Assembly: GCA_021205205.1 (NCBI GenBank)
Contig: JAJPXY010000052.1
Location: 1-62,059, forward strand
Source of the DNA: Clostridiales bacterium
GTDB lineage: Bacteria; Bacillota; Clostridia; Oscillospirales; Oscillospiraceae
Direction of reading: 5' to 3'
Length of the DNA stretch: 62,059 bases
Below are positions 29,415-40,047 of the stretch, piece by piece. Each line of letters begins with the position of its first letter. Position 1 is the first letter of the stretch. Under the pieces are notes generated by a model that did not search any database, had not been told where the DNA came from, and saw only the letters and a program-made list of their open reading frames with translations. The position numbers were made by a program, and so were the translations under genes.

Positions 29415-30797
29415 TCAGGACTTATCCTTCTTGGGCAGATACTTCTCGATATACTCGGGCTTGATCCGCTTCAGCTCGCTTTCGGGCAGGATGCTCAGCA
29501 GCTCCCAGCCCAGGTCCAGCGTCTCCTCGATGGAGCGGTTCTCCTCCGGCCCCTGGGCCACATAGCGCTTCTCGAACTCGTCCGAGAACTTGGCGTACAG
29601 CAGGTCGGTGGGAGACAACGCCGCCTCGCCCAGGATGGACATCAGCTCCTTGTTCTCCTTGCCGGTGGCGTAGGCGGCGAAGAGCTGGTTCATGGTGCCG
29701 GAGTGGTCCTCGCGGGTCTTACCTGCGCCGATGCCCTTGTCCTTCAGACGGGACAGGGAGGGCAGCACGTCCACCGGGGGCAGGATGCCCTTGCGGTAGA
29801 GCTCACGGTCCAGGATGATCTGACCCTCGGTGATATAACCGGTCAGGTCGGGGATGGGGTGGGTCTTGTCGTCCTCGGGCATGGTCAGGATGGGGATCAT
29901 GGTGATGGAACCGGGCTGGCCCAGGTGACGGCCGGCCCGCTCGTACATGGTGGCAAGGTCGGTGTAGAGGTAGCCGGGGTAGCCGCGGCGGCCGGGGACT
30001 TCCTTCTTGGCGGCGGAGACCTCGCGCAGGGCCTCGGCGTAGTTGGTGATGTCGGTCATGATAACCAGCACGTGCATCCCCATGTCAAAGGCCAGGTACT
30101 CGGCGGCGGTCAGCGCCATACGGGGGGTGGAAATACGCTCGACGGCGGGGTCGTTGGCCAGGTTGATGAACAGCACGGTGCGCTCCAGCGCGCCGGTGCG
30201 GGTGAACTCCTGGGTGAAGTACTCGGACTCCTCGAAGGTGATGCCGATGGCGGCGAACACCACCGCGAAGTTGGACTCCCCGTCCAGCACCTTGGCCTGC
30301 CGGGCGATCTGGGCGGCCAGCTGGTTGTGGGGCAGGCCGGAGCCGGAGAAAATGGGCAGCTTCTGGCCGCGGACCAGGGTGTTCAGGCCGTCGATGGTGG
30401 AGATGCCGGTCTGGATAAACTCGTTGGGGTAGTCCCGGGCGGCGGGGTTCATGGCCAGGCCGTTGATATCCCGATAAGCCTCGGGCAAAATCTCGGGGCC
30501 GCCGTCGATTGGCTCGCCCATGCCGGAGAACACCCGGCCCAGCATATCCTTGGAAACGCCCAGCTGGAGGGGGTGGCCCAGGAAGCGGACCTTGGAATCC
30601 CGCAGGTTGATACCGGCGGAAGACTCGAACAGCTGCACCACAGCGTTGTCGCCGTTGACCTCCAGCACCTTGCCCCGGCGGATACTGCCGTCCGGCAGCT
30701 CGATCTCCACCAGTTCGTCATAGGTGACGCCCGCGACCTTGCGGACGACCATCAGAGGACCGGAGATCTCTTCTATCGTCTTATACTCTTTGATCAT
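29415..30797 (-). CDS. ntpB: V-type ATPase subunit B
   Basis: [36 protein letters not shown]. Confidence 0.98.
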   Translation of the reverse strand: MIKEYKTIEEISGPLMVVRKVAGVTYDELVEIELPDGSIRRGKVLEVNGDNAVVQLFESSAGINLRDSKVRFLGHPLQLGVSKDMLGRVFSGMGEPIDGGPEILPEAYRDINGLAMNPAARDYPNEFIQTGISTIDGLNTLVRGQKLPIFSGSGLPHNQLAAQIARQAKVLDGESNFAVVFAAIGITFEESEYFTQEFTRTGALERTVLFINLANDPAVERISTPRMALTAAEYLAFDMGMHVLVIMTDITNYAEALREVSAAKKEVPGRRGYPGYLYTDLATMYERAGRHLGQPGSITMIPILTMPEDDKTHPIPDLTGYITEGQIILDRELYRKGILPPVDVLPSLSRLKDKGIGAGKTREDHSGTMNQLFAAYATGKENKELMSILGEAALSPTDLLYAKFSDEFEKRYVAQGPEENRSIEETLDLGWELLSILPESELKRIKPEYIEKYLPKKDKS

Positions 30798-32566
30798 CAG
30801 TCATCTTCTCCTCTCTCGGCCACCTCGTTGATCTGGGCTTCCATGTCGGCGAAGATCTTGGCGTAAACTTCCTCATATTCATCCTCAGGCACCGTCTTGG
30901 CCCGGCCAATGCCGTTGCGGGCCTCGATGGAAAAGAGGTCGTAAAGGTTCGCGCCCTTTTCCAGGGCGGCGCGGCATTCGGCGTCGTAGTCCTTGATCAT
31001 TTTCAGCATCAGGAACTGACGGCGATAGGTGGAGAAGGTGTCCACGTCCACAAAGGCGTTCTGCTGGAGGAAGTCCTCGCGAATCATCTTCGCCGTCTCC
31101 AGGGTCATCTGGTCTCTATCGGAGAGGGAGTCCTTGCCCACCAGCTGGACGATCTCGTTCAGGCTGGCCTCCTCCTGGAGGATGGCCATGGCCCAGCTGC
31201 GGTTTTTGATAAAGTCGGGGCCAAGGTTCTCGTCATACCAGGGCTTCAGGGAGTCGATATACAGGGAGTGGGAGCTGAGCCAGTTGATGGCGGGGAAGTG
31301 GCGGCGGTAGGCCAGGGAGGAGTCCAGGGACCAGAACACCTTGACGATGCGCATGGTGCCCTGAGAGACCGGCTCGGACAGGTCGCCGCCGGGAGGGGAA
31401 ACCGCGCCCACGGCGGTCAGGGAGCCGGTGCGGGCGCTGTCGGACCCGATGCACTGCACTACGCCCGCCCGCTCGTAGAACTGGGCCAGACGGGAGGCCA
31501 GGTAGGCGGGGTAGCCTTCCTCGCCGGGCATTTCTTCCAGACGGCCGGACATCTCACGGAGGGCCTCGGCCCAGCGGGAGGTGGAGTCTGCGATGACGGC
31601 CACGTCGTAGCCCATGTCACGGAAATACTCCGCGATGGTGATGCCGGTGTAGACCGACGCCTCACGGGCGGCCACGGGCATATCGGAGGTGTTGGCGATG
31701 AGGACAGTCCGCTTCATCAGCGTCTCGCCGGTGCGGGGGTCGATCAGCTCGGGGAACTCCCGCAGCACGTCGGTCATCTCGTTGCCGCGCTCGCCGCAGC
31801 CGATATAGACCACGATGTCCACGTCGGACCACTTAGCCAGGGCGTGCTGCACCACGGTCTTGCCGGACCCGAAGGGACCGGGGACGGCGGCGGTGCCGCC
31901 CTTCGCCACCGGGAACATGGTGTCAATGACACGCTGGCCGGACTGGAGGGGGGTCTTGGGGGGGAACTTTTTGGTGTAGGGGCGGCCAACACGGCCGGGC
32001 CACTTCTGCATCATGCAGAGTTCCTTGGTCTCGCCGCTGTCGGTCTCCAGGGTGGCGACGGTCTCGGTGACGGTGAAATCGCCGCCGGTGATGGACTTGA
32101 TGGTGCCGGAAACGCCCACGGGGACCATGATGTGCTGCGCCACGGAGGGGGTCTCCTGCACGTCGCCCAGGAAGTCGCCGCCGACGACCTTGTCGCCTAC
32201 CTTGGCGGTGGGGACGAAGGTCCACTTTTTCTCGCGGTCCAGGGCGGGGACTTCAATGCCACGCTTGATGTTGGAGCCGCAGACGGCCATGATGCCCTCC
32301 AGGGGGCGCTGGATGCCGTCGTAGATGTTTTCCAGCAGGCCAGGGCCAAGCTCTACGGAGAGCTGCGCGCCGGTGGTGACGACCTCCGCGCCGGGGCCGA
32401 GGCCGGAGGTCTCCTCGTAGACCTGGATGGAGGCGGCGTCGCCGGTCATGTTCAAAATCTCGCCGATCAGGCGGTCTTCGCCCACTCGGACCACGTCGGA
32501 CATGTTGGCGTCCAGCATACCGGTAGCCACCACCAGCGGGCCGGAAACCTTGACAATTTTGCCCAT
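30797..32566 (-). CDS. ntpA: V-type ATPase subunit A
   Basis: [27 protein letters not shown]. Confidence 0.98.
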   Translation of the reverse strand: MGKIVKVSGPLVVATGMLDANMSDVVRVGEDRLIGEILNMTGDAASIQVYEETSGLGPGAEVVTTGAQLSVELGPGLLENIYDGIQRPLEGIMAVCGSNIKRGIEVPALDREKKWTFVPTAKVGDKVVGGDFLGDVQETPSVAQHIMVPVGVSGTIKSITGGDFTVTETVATLETDSGETKELCMMQKWPGRVGRPYTKKFPPKTPLQSGQRVIDTMFPVAKGGTAAVPGPFGSGKTVVQHALAKWSDVDIVVYIGCGERGNEMTDVLREFPELIDPRTGETLMKRTVLIANTSDMPVAAREASVYTGITIAEYFRDMGYDVAVIADSTSRWAEALREMSGRLEEMPGEEGYPAYLASRLAQFYERAGVVQCIGSDSARTGSLTAVGAVSPPGGDLSEPVSQGTMRIVKVFWSLDSSLAYRRHFPAINWLSSHSLYIDSLKPWYDENLGPDFIKNRSWAMAILQEEASLNEIVQLVGKDSLSDRDQMTLETAKMIREDFLQQNAFVDVDTFSTYRRQFLMLKMIKDYDAECRAALEKGANLYDLFSIEARNGIGRAKTVPEDEYEEVYAKIFADMEAQINEVAERGEDD

Positions 32567-32638
32567 AGGGTAACCTTCTTTCAAAACAGGATGTGGGGGA
32601 ACCCCGCCGCGCCCGGACAGGCCGCGGTGGGAAAAGTT

Positions 32639-32950
32639 TTAGAGAATATCGGCGCCCACCGCTCGCTCCACCGAGTCGGTGATGTTCTGCATCCCGATGC
32701 CAAGGCTGCCGGCCTTGCCGGGGATGAGGATGATGGCGGGGGTGACCTCGTCCTTGTAGCGGGCGATCTCGTCGGGCATTTCGGCGGCGTACTGCTCCGT
32801 CAGGTAGATGATGGCGGTCTCTCCGTCCCGGGCCAGCTGGTGGAGGATCTTTTTGGCCTCCGCAGCGGTCTCGGCGGGGTGGACATCCAGCCCCAGCGCC
32901 TTGAAGCCCAGCACGCTCTCCCGGTCACCCAGCACAGCGATCTTATACAT
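32639..32950 (-). CDS. V-type ATPase subunit F (NtpG-type)
   Basis: KIAVLGDRESVLGF, VERAVGADI. Confidence 0.93.
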   Translation of the reverse strand: MYKIAVLGDRESVLGFKALGLDVHPAETAAEAKKILHQLARDGETAIIYLTEQYAAEMPDEIARYKDEVTPAIILIPGKAGSLGIGMQNITDSVERAVGADIL

Positions 32951-33944
32951 AAGCCTCACGCAGCCTTTCTCGGATCAGGTCGGTGCTCAGCCCGGCCAGG
33001 CGGCCGGTCATGATGATGCGCACCGCCGTAAACTCGTTGTCCCTGGCCACCAGATAGCCCACCACGGGGGCCTCGCCAAAGGAGACGTACTTCGCCGCGG
33101 AGACGTAGTCCATGACGGCGTTGTCGCAGGCTTTCTCGAAGGCAGTCAGCGACCCGCCCTTGATGGCGGCCTCGCCCGCCTCGGCGGCCCCGGCCAGGGG
33201 GGTGACGCCGTAGATGGCGCCGAACTCGCCGCCGGAGGCGGCCGCGTTCAGCAGCGGACGGACGGCCACAGTGCCGCCGTCAAAGAGGACGTTTTTCAGG
33301 TAGTCCTCGTTCTTGCCCATGCGGAGCACCCGCACCAGGCTGCGCAGGTTGGCCACGTCGATCATCATCTGCACATAGCCCACCAGGAAGTCGGAGCCGG
33401 TGTCCTTGGCCAGCTGGAGCATCTCCGCGAAGTAGGCCCGGTCCAGCGCGAAGTCGCTGAGCTGGGGGTTGTGGGTGGTGCTGAGGATCTCCCGGGCCTC
33501 CCGGATGGCGGCGGCGAAGGGAGCGGTCAGGGCGGAGAAGTTGCCGTTGGTCAGGCTCTCCGCCACCACGGCGGAGGGGAACCGCCCCGCCTCCACCAGC
33601 AGCCGGGCGGGGTCAGTTTTCATGGCCTCGGCCTTCAGCAGGGTCTTCGCGTTGTGGTAATCGTATTTCAGTTTGAACACGTCGATCAGCTTGGGATCGG
33701 GCGCGTTGTTGTTCAGGTCCCGATAGAGGCTGTCCCTCACGGCGGCCAGGGCGGCGTTGATGCTATCCACGTCCACAACGGGCATTTCGGGATAGCCACA
33801 TTCCACCAGCACCTTGGCGGCCTCTGCGTTCGTAGGGGCTTCCAGCATCCGGTCCATGCGCTCCTGGGTCAGCAGGGCGCGCTGGAGGACGTGGACGCGG
33901 GTCGAGAGGAACAGGTAATCGGTGTCTTTGATTTGGTTCGCCAT
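32943..33944 (-). CDS. ntpC: V-type ATPase subunit C
   Basis: YDYHNAK, IDVANLR, IRERLREAY; operon position. Confidence 0.92.
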   Translation of the reverse strand: MANQIKDTDYLFLSTRVHVLQRALLTQERMDRMLEAPTNAEAAKVLVECGYPEMPVVDVDSINAALAAVRDSLYRDLNNNAPDPKLIDVFKLKYDYHNAKTLLKAEAMKTDPARLLVEAGRFPSAVVAESLTNGNFSALTAPFAAAIREAREILSTTHNPQLSDFALDRAYFAEMLQLAKDTGSDFLVGYVQMMIDVANLRSLVRVLRMGKNEDYLKNVLFDGGTVAVRPLLNAAASGGEFGAIYGVTPLAGAAEAGEAAIKGGSLTAFEKACDNAVMDYVSAAKYVSFGEAPVVGYLVARDNEFTAVRIIMTGRLAGLSTDLIRERLREAYV

Positions 33945-34018
33945 TTGTTCCTCCTTGTCACAGGCGGGCGGGGCGGTCTGCCCCTCCGCCGGAACTCGGA
34001 GCGCGGCTGGCTGCGACC

Positions 34019-34618
34019 TCAGGCAAAGAGGACCTCTGCCACCTGGCCCGCCAACTCGCTCCGGGTGAGCCGCACCAGCGTCTCAAAGGTGCAGTTGACC
34101 TCCACGTCTCCGTCGCTCAACAACAGGCCGCCCTCAAAGGAACCGGTCTTGTCGCTGAGGGTCAGCTTCGCGGGTTTGCCCGCCGCTTTCAGCTGCTGGT
34201 TGGCCTGCGCCACCACTTGGGCGCCGCAGGCGTCCCGGTCCTTTGCGGAGAGGATCACCTGCTCCACACCGGTGCTGCTGGCCCGGACGGCCAGGTCGGC
34301 CAGCAGGGCGGTGTTGGCGGCGGCGTCCAGCCCCCGCAGGTCCTGGAGCGCCAGGCCAAAGGCGGCGTCCAGCATCTCCTGCTTGGCGGCCAGGGTCATC
34401 TTCCGGGCCTCCATCTGGGCGGAGGAGCCCAGATGCTCCTCCCGCTCCTGGGCGGCGGCCCGGCCCTTGCGGGTCAGGTCCCCATAGGTGCGCTGGGCCT
34501 CGGCGTCGCCTTTGGCGGTGATGGCGTCGGCGTCCTCCCTGGCCTTGGCCAGGATGGCGTCGATCTCCGCCTGGGCGTCGCTGTGAATACGGCTTGTGAT
34601 TTTTTCAATACCTTGCAT
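34019..34618 (-). CDS. ntpE: V-type ATPase subunit E
   Basis: MQGIEKI, helical N-terminus, GGLLL..VEVNCTFE. Confidence 0.92.
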   Translation of the reverse strand: MQGIEKITSRIHSDAQAEIDAILAKAREDADAITAKGDAEAQRTYGDLTRKGRAAAQEREEHLGSSAQMEARKMTLAAKQEMLDAAFGLALQDLRGLDAAANTALLADLAVRASSTGVEQVILSAKDRDACGAQVVAQANQQLKAAGKPAKLTLSDKTGSFEGGLLLSDGDVEVNCTFETLVRLTRSELAGQVAEVLFA

Positions 34619-34659
34619 CGTTCAATCCATCCTTTCTGCAATGGCTGGGCAGGATGGGA

Positions 34660-35145
34660 TCAAGCCATGAACAGCAGCATCAGGAAGGAGGCCAGCAGGC
34701 ACAGGATGGCGTAGAACTCGACCATGATGGCCATGATGATGCCCTTGGACATTTCTTCCGGACGGCGGGCCACCAGGTTGACACCGGCGGCGGCGCAGCG
34801 GCCCTGTGCGATGGCGGTGACATAGCCGCCGATGCCCATGGGCAGGCAGGCGAAGCAGTAACCGATGCCCTGGGCGAGGGTCAGGGTGGCGGGGGTGCCG
34901 CCGATGATGCCCAGGGTGAACAGGGCGTAGAACCAGACGACCAGGCCGTACAGGCCCTGGGTGCCGGGCAGGATCTGCAGAATCAGGCAGGACGCGAATT
35001 TGCCGGGGTCCTCAGAGATGACGCCCGCGGCGGCCTCGCCCACCGTACCCACGCCGCGGCCGGAGCCAGCGCAAGCCAAACCTACGGCGAGAGACGCGCC
35101 GATGACAGCGATATACAGACCGCCGTTAGCCAGTAATTCTTCCAT
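34660..35145 (-). CDS. ntpK: V-type ATPase rotor subunit K (Na+-binding signature)
   Basis: 4 TM; LPGTQGLYG, AIAQG and MVEFYA match the Na+-site pattern of Enterococcus hirae NtpK. Confidence 0.93.
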   Translation of the reverse strand: MEELLANGGLYIAVIGASLAVGLACAGSGRGVGTVGEAAAGVISEDPGKFASCLILQILPGTQGLYGLVVWFYALFTLGIIGGTPATLTLAQGIGYCFACLPMGIGGYVTAIAQGRCAAAGVNLVARRPEEMSKGIIMAIMVEFYAILCLLASFLMLLFMA

Positions 35146-35147
35146 TG

Positions 35148-37115
35148 TCAATTTTCCTCCTTGGTGAGAATGTCGGTGTATTTGGTGTCGTATTTCAGGG
35201 GACGGAAGGGAATACCGCCCGAAATATAGAACTTGTTGAAGTACTCCAGGTACTGGAGACGGGCCGCGTGGACATAGGTGCCGATCAGGTTGACGCCGAT
35301 GTTGAACACATGGCCGATGAGGAACACGATGATAAAGACCAGAATGTTCCGGGGAAGCGCGCCCAGGGTGTTGAACACCTGAGCGATGACGCTGGTGGCC
35401 AGCATCAGGGCCATCAGACGGGCGTAGGACAGCACGTCGCTGAGCCAGCTGGTGATGTCATACAGGCTGGAGATGCCGCCCCAGAGCTTGCCGAAAAAGC
35501 TGGGGGCGTGGCGGCCCTGGGTGCAGATCAGGACGACGACGCCCAAAATCAGCACAACGGGGGTGCCGGCCAGCACGATGGCCCCGATGCCCACAAAGAC
35601 GATCCACCAGGGCACCACGTCCAGCAGCGCGTCCACCGGCGTTCCGTCCCGGAAGCCCATATAGATGTGGATGCACTGGCCCATGAGCAGGTGGAAGCAG
35701 CCGATGACCACGGCGATGATCAGCACCGTCATGGGGTCGTTCACGGGGTTGACGATGATGCCGTTGCAGAAGGTCACCATCCAGCCGGGCATGGCGGCGG
35801 TGCCGCCGGGGATAAAGTTCTCGTAGATGACCTCCAGCGCGTTGCCGAAGAAGCCGCCCACGAACACGCCGCAGAACGCGGTGCTGGCTCCCAGCCAGAC
35901 GCCCAGGTGGAACATCCGGCCCATGGTCTTTTTGGGGTTGATGGTCTTGATGACGATCAGGCTGACCACCATGATGATGATGCCGTAGGCCACGTCGGCA
36001 AACATGAAGCCGAAGAAGAACACGTACCAGAAAAAGTACAGCGGGTTGGGGTCGATGCCGTTATAGGCGGGCAGGGAGTACATCTCCGTGACCATGTTGA
36101 TGCAGTCCATCCACTTGGGGTTGTCCAACTGGGTGGGGGTGTCGTCGCCCTCCTCCGGGTCCCGGAAGGAATAGGCCGCGTCGAAGGAATCCAGCACCTT
36201 TTGGACCTTGTTGAGCTTGGGCGCAGGGACCCAGCCCTCCAGGAAGATGATGGTGCCGTCGGTCATGGCCCGCTCCCGGGCGGATTCCCGGGCGGCGTCC
36301 TGGTTCAGGCGGTCGGTGATCACCTGCAGGGCGCTGAGGCAGTCGGAATGGGTCTTGATTTTTTCGATCTCGGCCTGACGCTGAGCAGCGACCTCCGTCA
36401 GCGCCTGGTCTGTCCTGGCGATGTTTTCCGTCGCCGTCCCGGTCAGGGCTTTGTCGAACCGGGTGGCGGTGAAGGAATAGGGCTTCATCGCCGCCTGGGC
36501 GTCCGCCCACTGGGACTTGTGGCACAGGAGCAGAATGTACTGCTGCTCCTTGTCCGCGCTGACCGGGATGACCTGGGACAGCGGCGCGGCCTGGTCCAGC
36601 TCCCCTCGCAGGTCGTCCAGCGAGGAGGTGGCGGGCAGCGCACCCATCACGATCTCCACGTTCTCGGTGGAGCCGGTCTCCAGCGGCAGGTCCAGCGAGG
36701 TCCAGGGGACCAGGCTGGCGCGCTGGGCGTTGAGCTGGTTCTCGCGGGAATTGAGCTGGGTGATCGTGGACACGCTGTCGTTGATGGCCCTGGCGTGGCC
36801 AAGGGCGTCCGCCAGCCGGTCCGGGTCAAAGAGGTCTTCTTCCTGGATCTTGGTGCGGGGTTTCAGGCTGCTGCCCTTGACGCCTGCGTACTTTTTCAGG
36901 GCGTCCAGCGCGGCGCTCAGTTCGTTGAGCTGGCCCTTCACCTGCCCCAGGCTGCTGGTGTTCCGGCCCAGCAGGGCCGTCCAGTCCGGGTCAGCCAGCT
37001 TGTCCGACGGTTCGGAGATCTCCACACAGCCCAGGCGCTCCAGCTGGGCCAGGAGCGCCTCCTGGTCCCGGGCCAGGGCCAGCAATCGGACGCGCTTCAT
37101 CTTGACGATGGACAT
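35148..37115 (-). CDS. ntpI: V-type ATPase subunit I
   Basis: GWVP, IDPNP, FGFMFADVAYG, SDVLSYARLMAL, RLQYLEYF. Confidence 0.96.
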   Translation of the reverse strand: MSIVKMKRVRLLALARDQEALLAQLERLGCVEISEPSDKLADPDWTALLGRNTSSLGQVKGQLNELSAALDALKKYAGVKGSSLKPRTKIQEEDLFDPDRLADALGHARAINDSVSTITQLNSRENQLNAQRASLVPWTSLDLPLETGSTENVEIVMGALPATSSLDDLRGELDQAAPLSQVIPVSADKEQQYILLLCHKSQWADAQAAMKPYSFTATRFDKALTGTATENIARTDQALTEVAAQRQAEIEKIKTHSDCLSALQVITDRLNQDAARESARERAMTDGTIIFLEGWVPAPKLNKVQKVLDSFDAAYSFRDPEEGDDTPTQLDNPKWMDCINMVTEMYSLPAYNGIDPNPLYFFWYVFFFGFMFADVAYGIIIMVVSLIVIKTINPKKTMGRMFHLGVWLGASTAFCGVFVGGFFGNALEVIYENFIPGGTAAMPGWMVTFCNGIIVNPVNDPMTVLIIAVVIGCFHLLMGQCIHIYMGFRDGTPVDALLDVVPWWIVFVGIGAIVLAGTPVVLILGVVVLICTQGRHAPSFFGKLWGGISSLYDITSWLSDVLSYARLMALMLATSVIAQVFNTLGALPRNILVFIIVFLIGHVFNIGVNLIGTYVHAARLQYLEYFNKFYISGGIPFRPLKYDTKYTDILTKEEN

Positions 37116-37429
37116 TAGCCATCCACCACCCTTCTGACAATCAGTGACGCTGCTTTTTCAAGCCGTCCTTGGGCCTCGGCACGAAGCTGATCGCAGGCGC
37201 CCTCGGTTTCCCGGACCACCGCCGCCAGATGGGCCGCAGCGTTTTGCTCCGCCTGGGTCATCAGCGCCGCGTTTTCCGCCCGGGCCTTTTCCCGGGCCTG
37301 GGCCAGCTTTTGCGCGCTGGCCTTCTCTGCGTCAGCAACGAGCCTGCGGGCGTCCTGTGCGGCCTGGGCCTTTTGGACCCTGGCGTCCTCTTCCGCCTGG
37401 TTCACCTGTTTGACTGCTTCCAGAGACAT
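37115..37429 (-). CDS. V-type ATPase peripheral stalk subunit G/H
   Basis: Ala/Glu/Gln-rich helix, first gene of the operon. Confidence 0.8.
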   Translation of the reverse strand: MSLEAVKQVNQAEEDARVQKAQAAQDARRLVADAEKASAQKLAQAREKARAENAALMTQAEQNAAAHLAAVVRETEGACDQLRAEAQGRLEKAASLIVRRVVDG

Positions 37430-37818
37430 CGTCTCACCGCCTTTCGTTCTTTAGATTTTTCCGCAGATTGCTTTGGTGAATGTGACACATCACACATCTT
37501 GTGTGCAACACCCAACAATATGCCTGTTCCTATTGTACCGCACTTGTGCCCTTTGCACAAGGACAAATTTTGTTCTTTTTGGCACAATCTCAAAAAAGTG
37601 CCCATCAAAAGGGGCGCAGTGGGCAAAATAGCAAAAGGAGGCTGCTCTTTCGCGGATGATGTTGTTTAGTATATCACTATATTTTTCAAAAATCAACATG
37701 GCACGTAAAAAACGAATGAAAACTATGGATTCATAAATTCATTCTAAGAGATGGATGGCGCAGAAAAAGCGCGGCGTCCCGCAGGGGAACGCCGCGCCGT
37801 ATGGCTTGGATTCTGTTT

Positions 37819-39282
37819 TCAGTTCAGGTTCATCTGGCACTGATCCGCGCCGTCGTCCAGAGAGCTGACCAGCAGCCCCAGGGCGTTGTCGGGATACCCG
37901 GCGTCGGTCAGGGCCTGGGACAGGGCCTCGGCGTCGTCCGCGTCGGCCTCCACCCACAGCCTTCCGCCCAGCTGGAGCATATTCTCCAGGCTCTGGCCGG
38001 TGGCGGCGTCCGCGCCGCCGGTGATAGCGTCGGTGGTGGTGATGACGGAGACGATGGTGTCGGTCCCCTCCACCGCCTGGGCCAGCTTCGCGTAAAAGGC
38101 GCTGATGGTGTCCTCCAGGGTGTCCGGATCGTAGCAGTCGGCGCTGAAGGAATCGGTGTCGCCAGTGGCGGGATAGGCCGCGTTGTTCAGCACGATCTCG
38201 TCATAGCCCATGGCCGCCAGCTCCTGCACCATGCCGATGATGTAATCCTGGAAATCCTCGTTGGCGGGGTCCGCCCAGGCGCAGTCGTCGCCGTCATACC
38301 AGGCGTCGCCGCTCTCGTCATAGAGCTGGTAGTCCGCCAGCGCCCCGGCGGCGCTGTCCTGGAAGCAGTCGATATAGGCCAGGGTATAGTAGCCATCCTC
38401 GCCCAGCTCGGCGATGGTGTCCGCAATGGTGGCGCTCTTGGACTCGCCGCAGGAGGCGTTGAACACGGCGGAGAGGTCCAGGCTGGAGGCGTAGTTCAGC
38501 GCGCCGCTGGACTCCTTCAGGTAGAGCATGATGCCGTTGGCGCCCGCGTTGGTCAGGTCGCCCTCGGCGTAGCCGGTGGTCACGTCCCCGATGGAGACGT
38601 GCTGGAGCAGCAGGCCGCCAGTCAGGGCTTCGGGACGAGTGGTTGTCTCCTCATCCGGTTCAGTCTGGGCGCTCTCGTCCCCGGAGGTGTCGCCGTCATC
38701 CTGGGTGCTGCTGTCGGCCTCCGCGCTGGCGGAAGCGTCCGCAGCGGAGCCTTCCTCGTCCGGCGTCACAGAGGCGTCGCCGCCGGTGTCCTTTTTGGCG
38801 AACAGGTTAGCGAAGAAGTTCCGGATGCGCTGGAAGAAGCCCACCTGCTCCTCGTCCTGCCCGGCTGCCGCGCTGGTGTCGGCGCTGGTGTCAGCCTCCG
38901 GCTCCTCGTCCACAGGCTCTGTCGCCTCGTCCTCGGGCTGCGCCGAGGCGCTGGCGTCGCCGTCGCTCTGGGAGCCGCTGGCATCCGCGCTGATCTCGGC
39001 GGCGTCGGTGGACTGGTCGCCTTCCTCGTCGACAGTGAGCAGCCCATCGGTACCGTTTCCGTTGTTGTCGCCGTCTGAAACGCCGGAGGAATTGGCCCAA
39101 GGCAGCTCCAGGTGGCCGCCGTTGGCGGTGTAGACCATGTACCGCTGGAGCGCCAGGGTGATGCCCCCCAGCACCAGCACCACTATCACCGCGATGGTCA
39201 CAATGACCTTGAGGACAAACCCCGGGCCGCCGCCACCGTAATAACGGCTGTAGCCGTATTTATCCGTTCTGCGAAAAAGCAT
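37819..39282 (-). CDS. Membrane-anchored putative glycoside hydrolase-like (DUF4015-type) protein with acidic linker
   Basis: Single TM, D/E/S/A-rich linker, TIM-barrel-like C-terminus (LKESSG, AYIDCFQD, WADP, GYDEIVL). Confidence 0.6.
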   Translation of the reverse strand: MLFRRTDKYGYSRYYGGGGPGFVLKVIVTIAVIVVLVLGGITLALQRYMVYTANGGHLELPWANSSGVSDGDNNGNGTDGLLTVDEEGDQSTDAAEISADASGSQSDGDASASAQPEDEATEPVDEEPEADTSADTSAAAGQDEEQVGFFQRIRNFFANLFAKKDTGGDASVTPDEEGSAADASASAEADSSTQDDGDTSGDESAQTEPDEETTTRPEALTGGLLLQHVSIGDVTTGYAEGDLTNAGANGIMLYLKESSGALNYASSLDLSAVFNASCGESKSATIADTIAELGEDGYYTLAYIDCFQDSAAGALADYQLYDESGDAWYDGDDCAWADPANEDFQDYIIGMVQELAAMGYDEIVLNNAAYPATGDTDSFSADCYDPDTLEDTISAFYAKLAQAVEGTDTIVSVITTTDAITGGADAATGQSLENMLQLGGRLWVEADADDAEALSQALTDAGYPDNALGLLVSSLDDGADQCQMNLN

Positions 39283-39338
39283 AGAAAAATCGCCTCATCT
39301 CAGGGAACCGCAGCTCGCCGTAGAGGCAGCGCGGTTTG

Positions 39339-39779
39339 TCAGTCGTTTTCTTGTTTTGCGCGCTCAAAGGCCTGCTGCATCAGGCTCAGGCCGTTGAGGA
39401 CCTGGCGCAGCTCGTCCTCGCTCATGGTGTCTATCGACCTGGAAAAGCGGGAGAGCACGTAGTTGCGGGACTCCTCCTGGATCTCCCGGTACTTGTCGGT
39501 GACCTCCACGAAAATCACCCGGCGGTCCTGTTCGGAGCGCACCCGCCGCAGGAGGCCGGCGTTCTCCAGCCGGTCCACCACGCCGGAGATGGTGCTGTTG
39601 GCGCTGCCGGTGGCCTTGGCCAGGGCACTGATGGGCATCGGTCCGTCGCTGTCCAGCAGGGTGAGCACCAGAGTCTGGGGGAAAGTCAGGTTCTGCTTGC
39701 CATAGTGGCCCCGCAGCTCCTCGGAGATGCGGCGGCTGGCCTGTAAATATGCGTGTAAAATCTCGTTGGCTGCCTGCAT
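39339..39779 (-). CDS. MarR family regulator
   Basis: LTFPQ, STISGVVDRLE, DRRVIFV. Confidence 0.92.
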   Translation of the reverse strand: MQAANEILHAYLQASRRISEELRGHYGKQNLTFPQTLVLTLLDSDGPMPISALAKATGSANSTISGVVDRLENAGLLRRVRSEQDRRVIFVEVTDKYREIQEESRNYVLSRFSRSIDTMSEDELRQVLNGLSLMQQAFERAKQEND

Positions 39780-39840
39780 GATCGATCCAACTCCTCAATT
39801 TGATTCACTACTGCGTATGAAACACAAGATAGATAAACTT

Positions 39841-39870
39841 AGGATACAGTCACAGGAAGGAAAAAGTCAA
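39841..39870 (-). promoter_or_regulatory. sigma-A promoter of marR
   Basis: TTGACT-N18-TATCCT on the minus strand. Confidence 0.5.
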
Positions 39871-40047
39871 CAGTACCGAAAGATTATTCACAGATACTTT
39901 ACAGATTGGTCAAATTCACTTTAGAAAACAGGAAAATTCCCGGGAATCCCCGGGGGAACGGGACAAAAACCCGCCTTTCCGGGAACCCCATTGTGGCAGA
40001 GCGGCGGGGAAAAGTCAAGGGGCAAACAGACGAAAAAAGCGTCGGCT

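Noticed and set aside
37470-37600. Rex-like palindromes upstream of the V-ATPase operon (also before nifJ near 41916)
   Set aside because: Spacing and sequence deviate from TTGTGAA-N4-TTCACAA; not distinguishable from chance without a matrix scan
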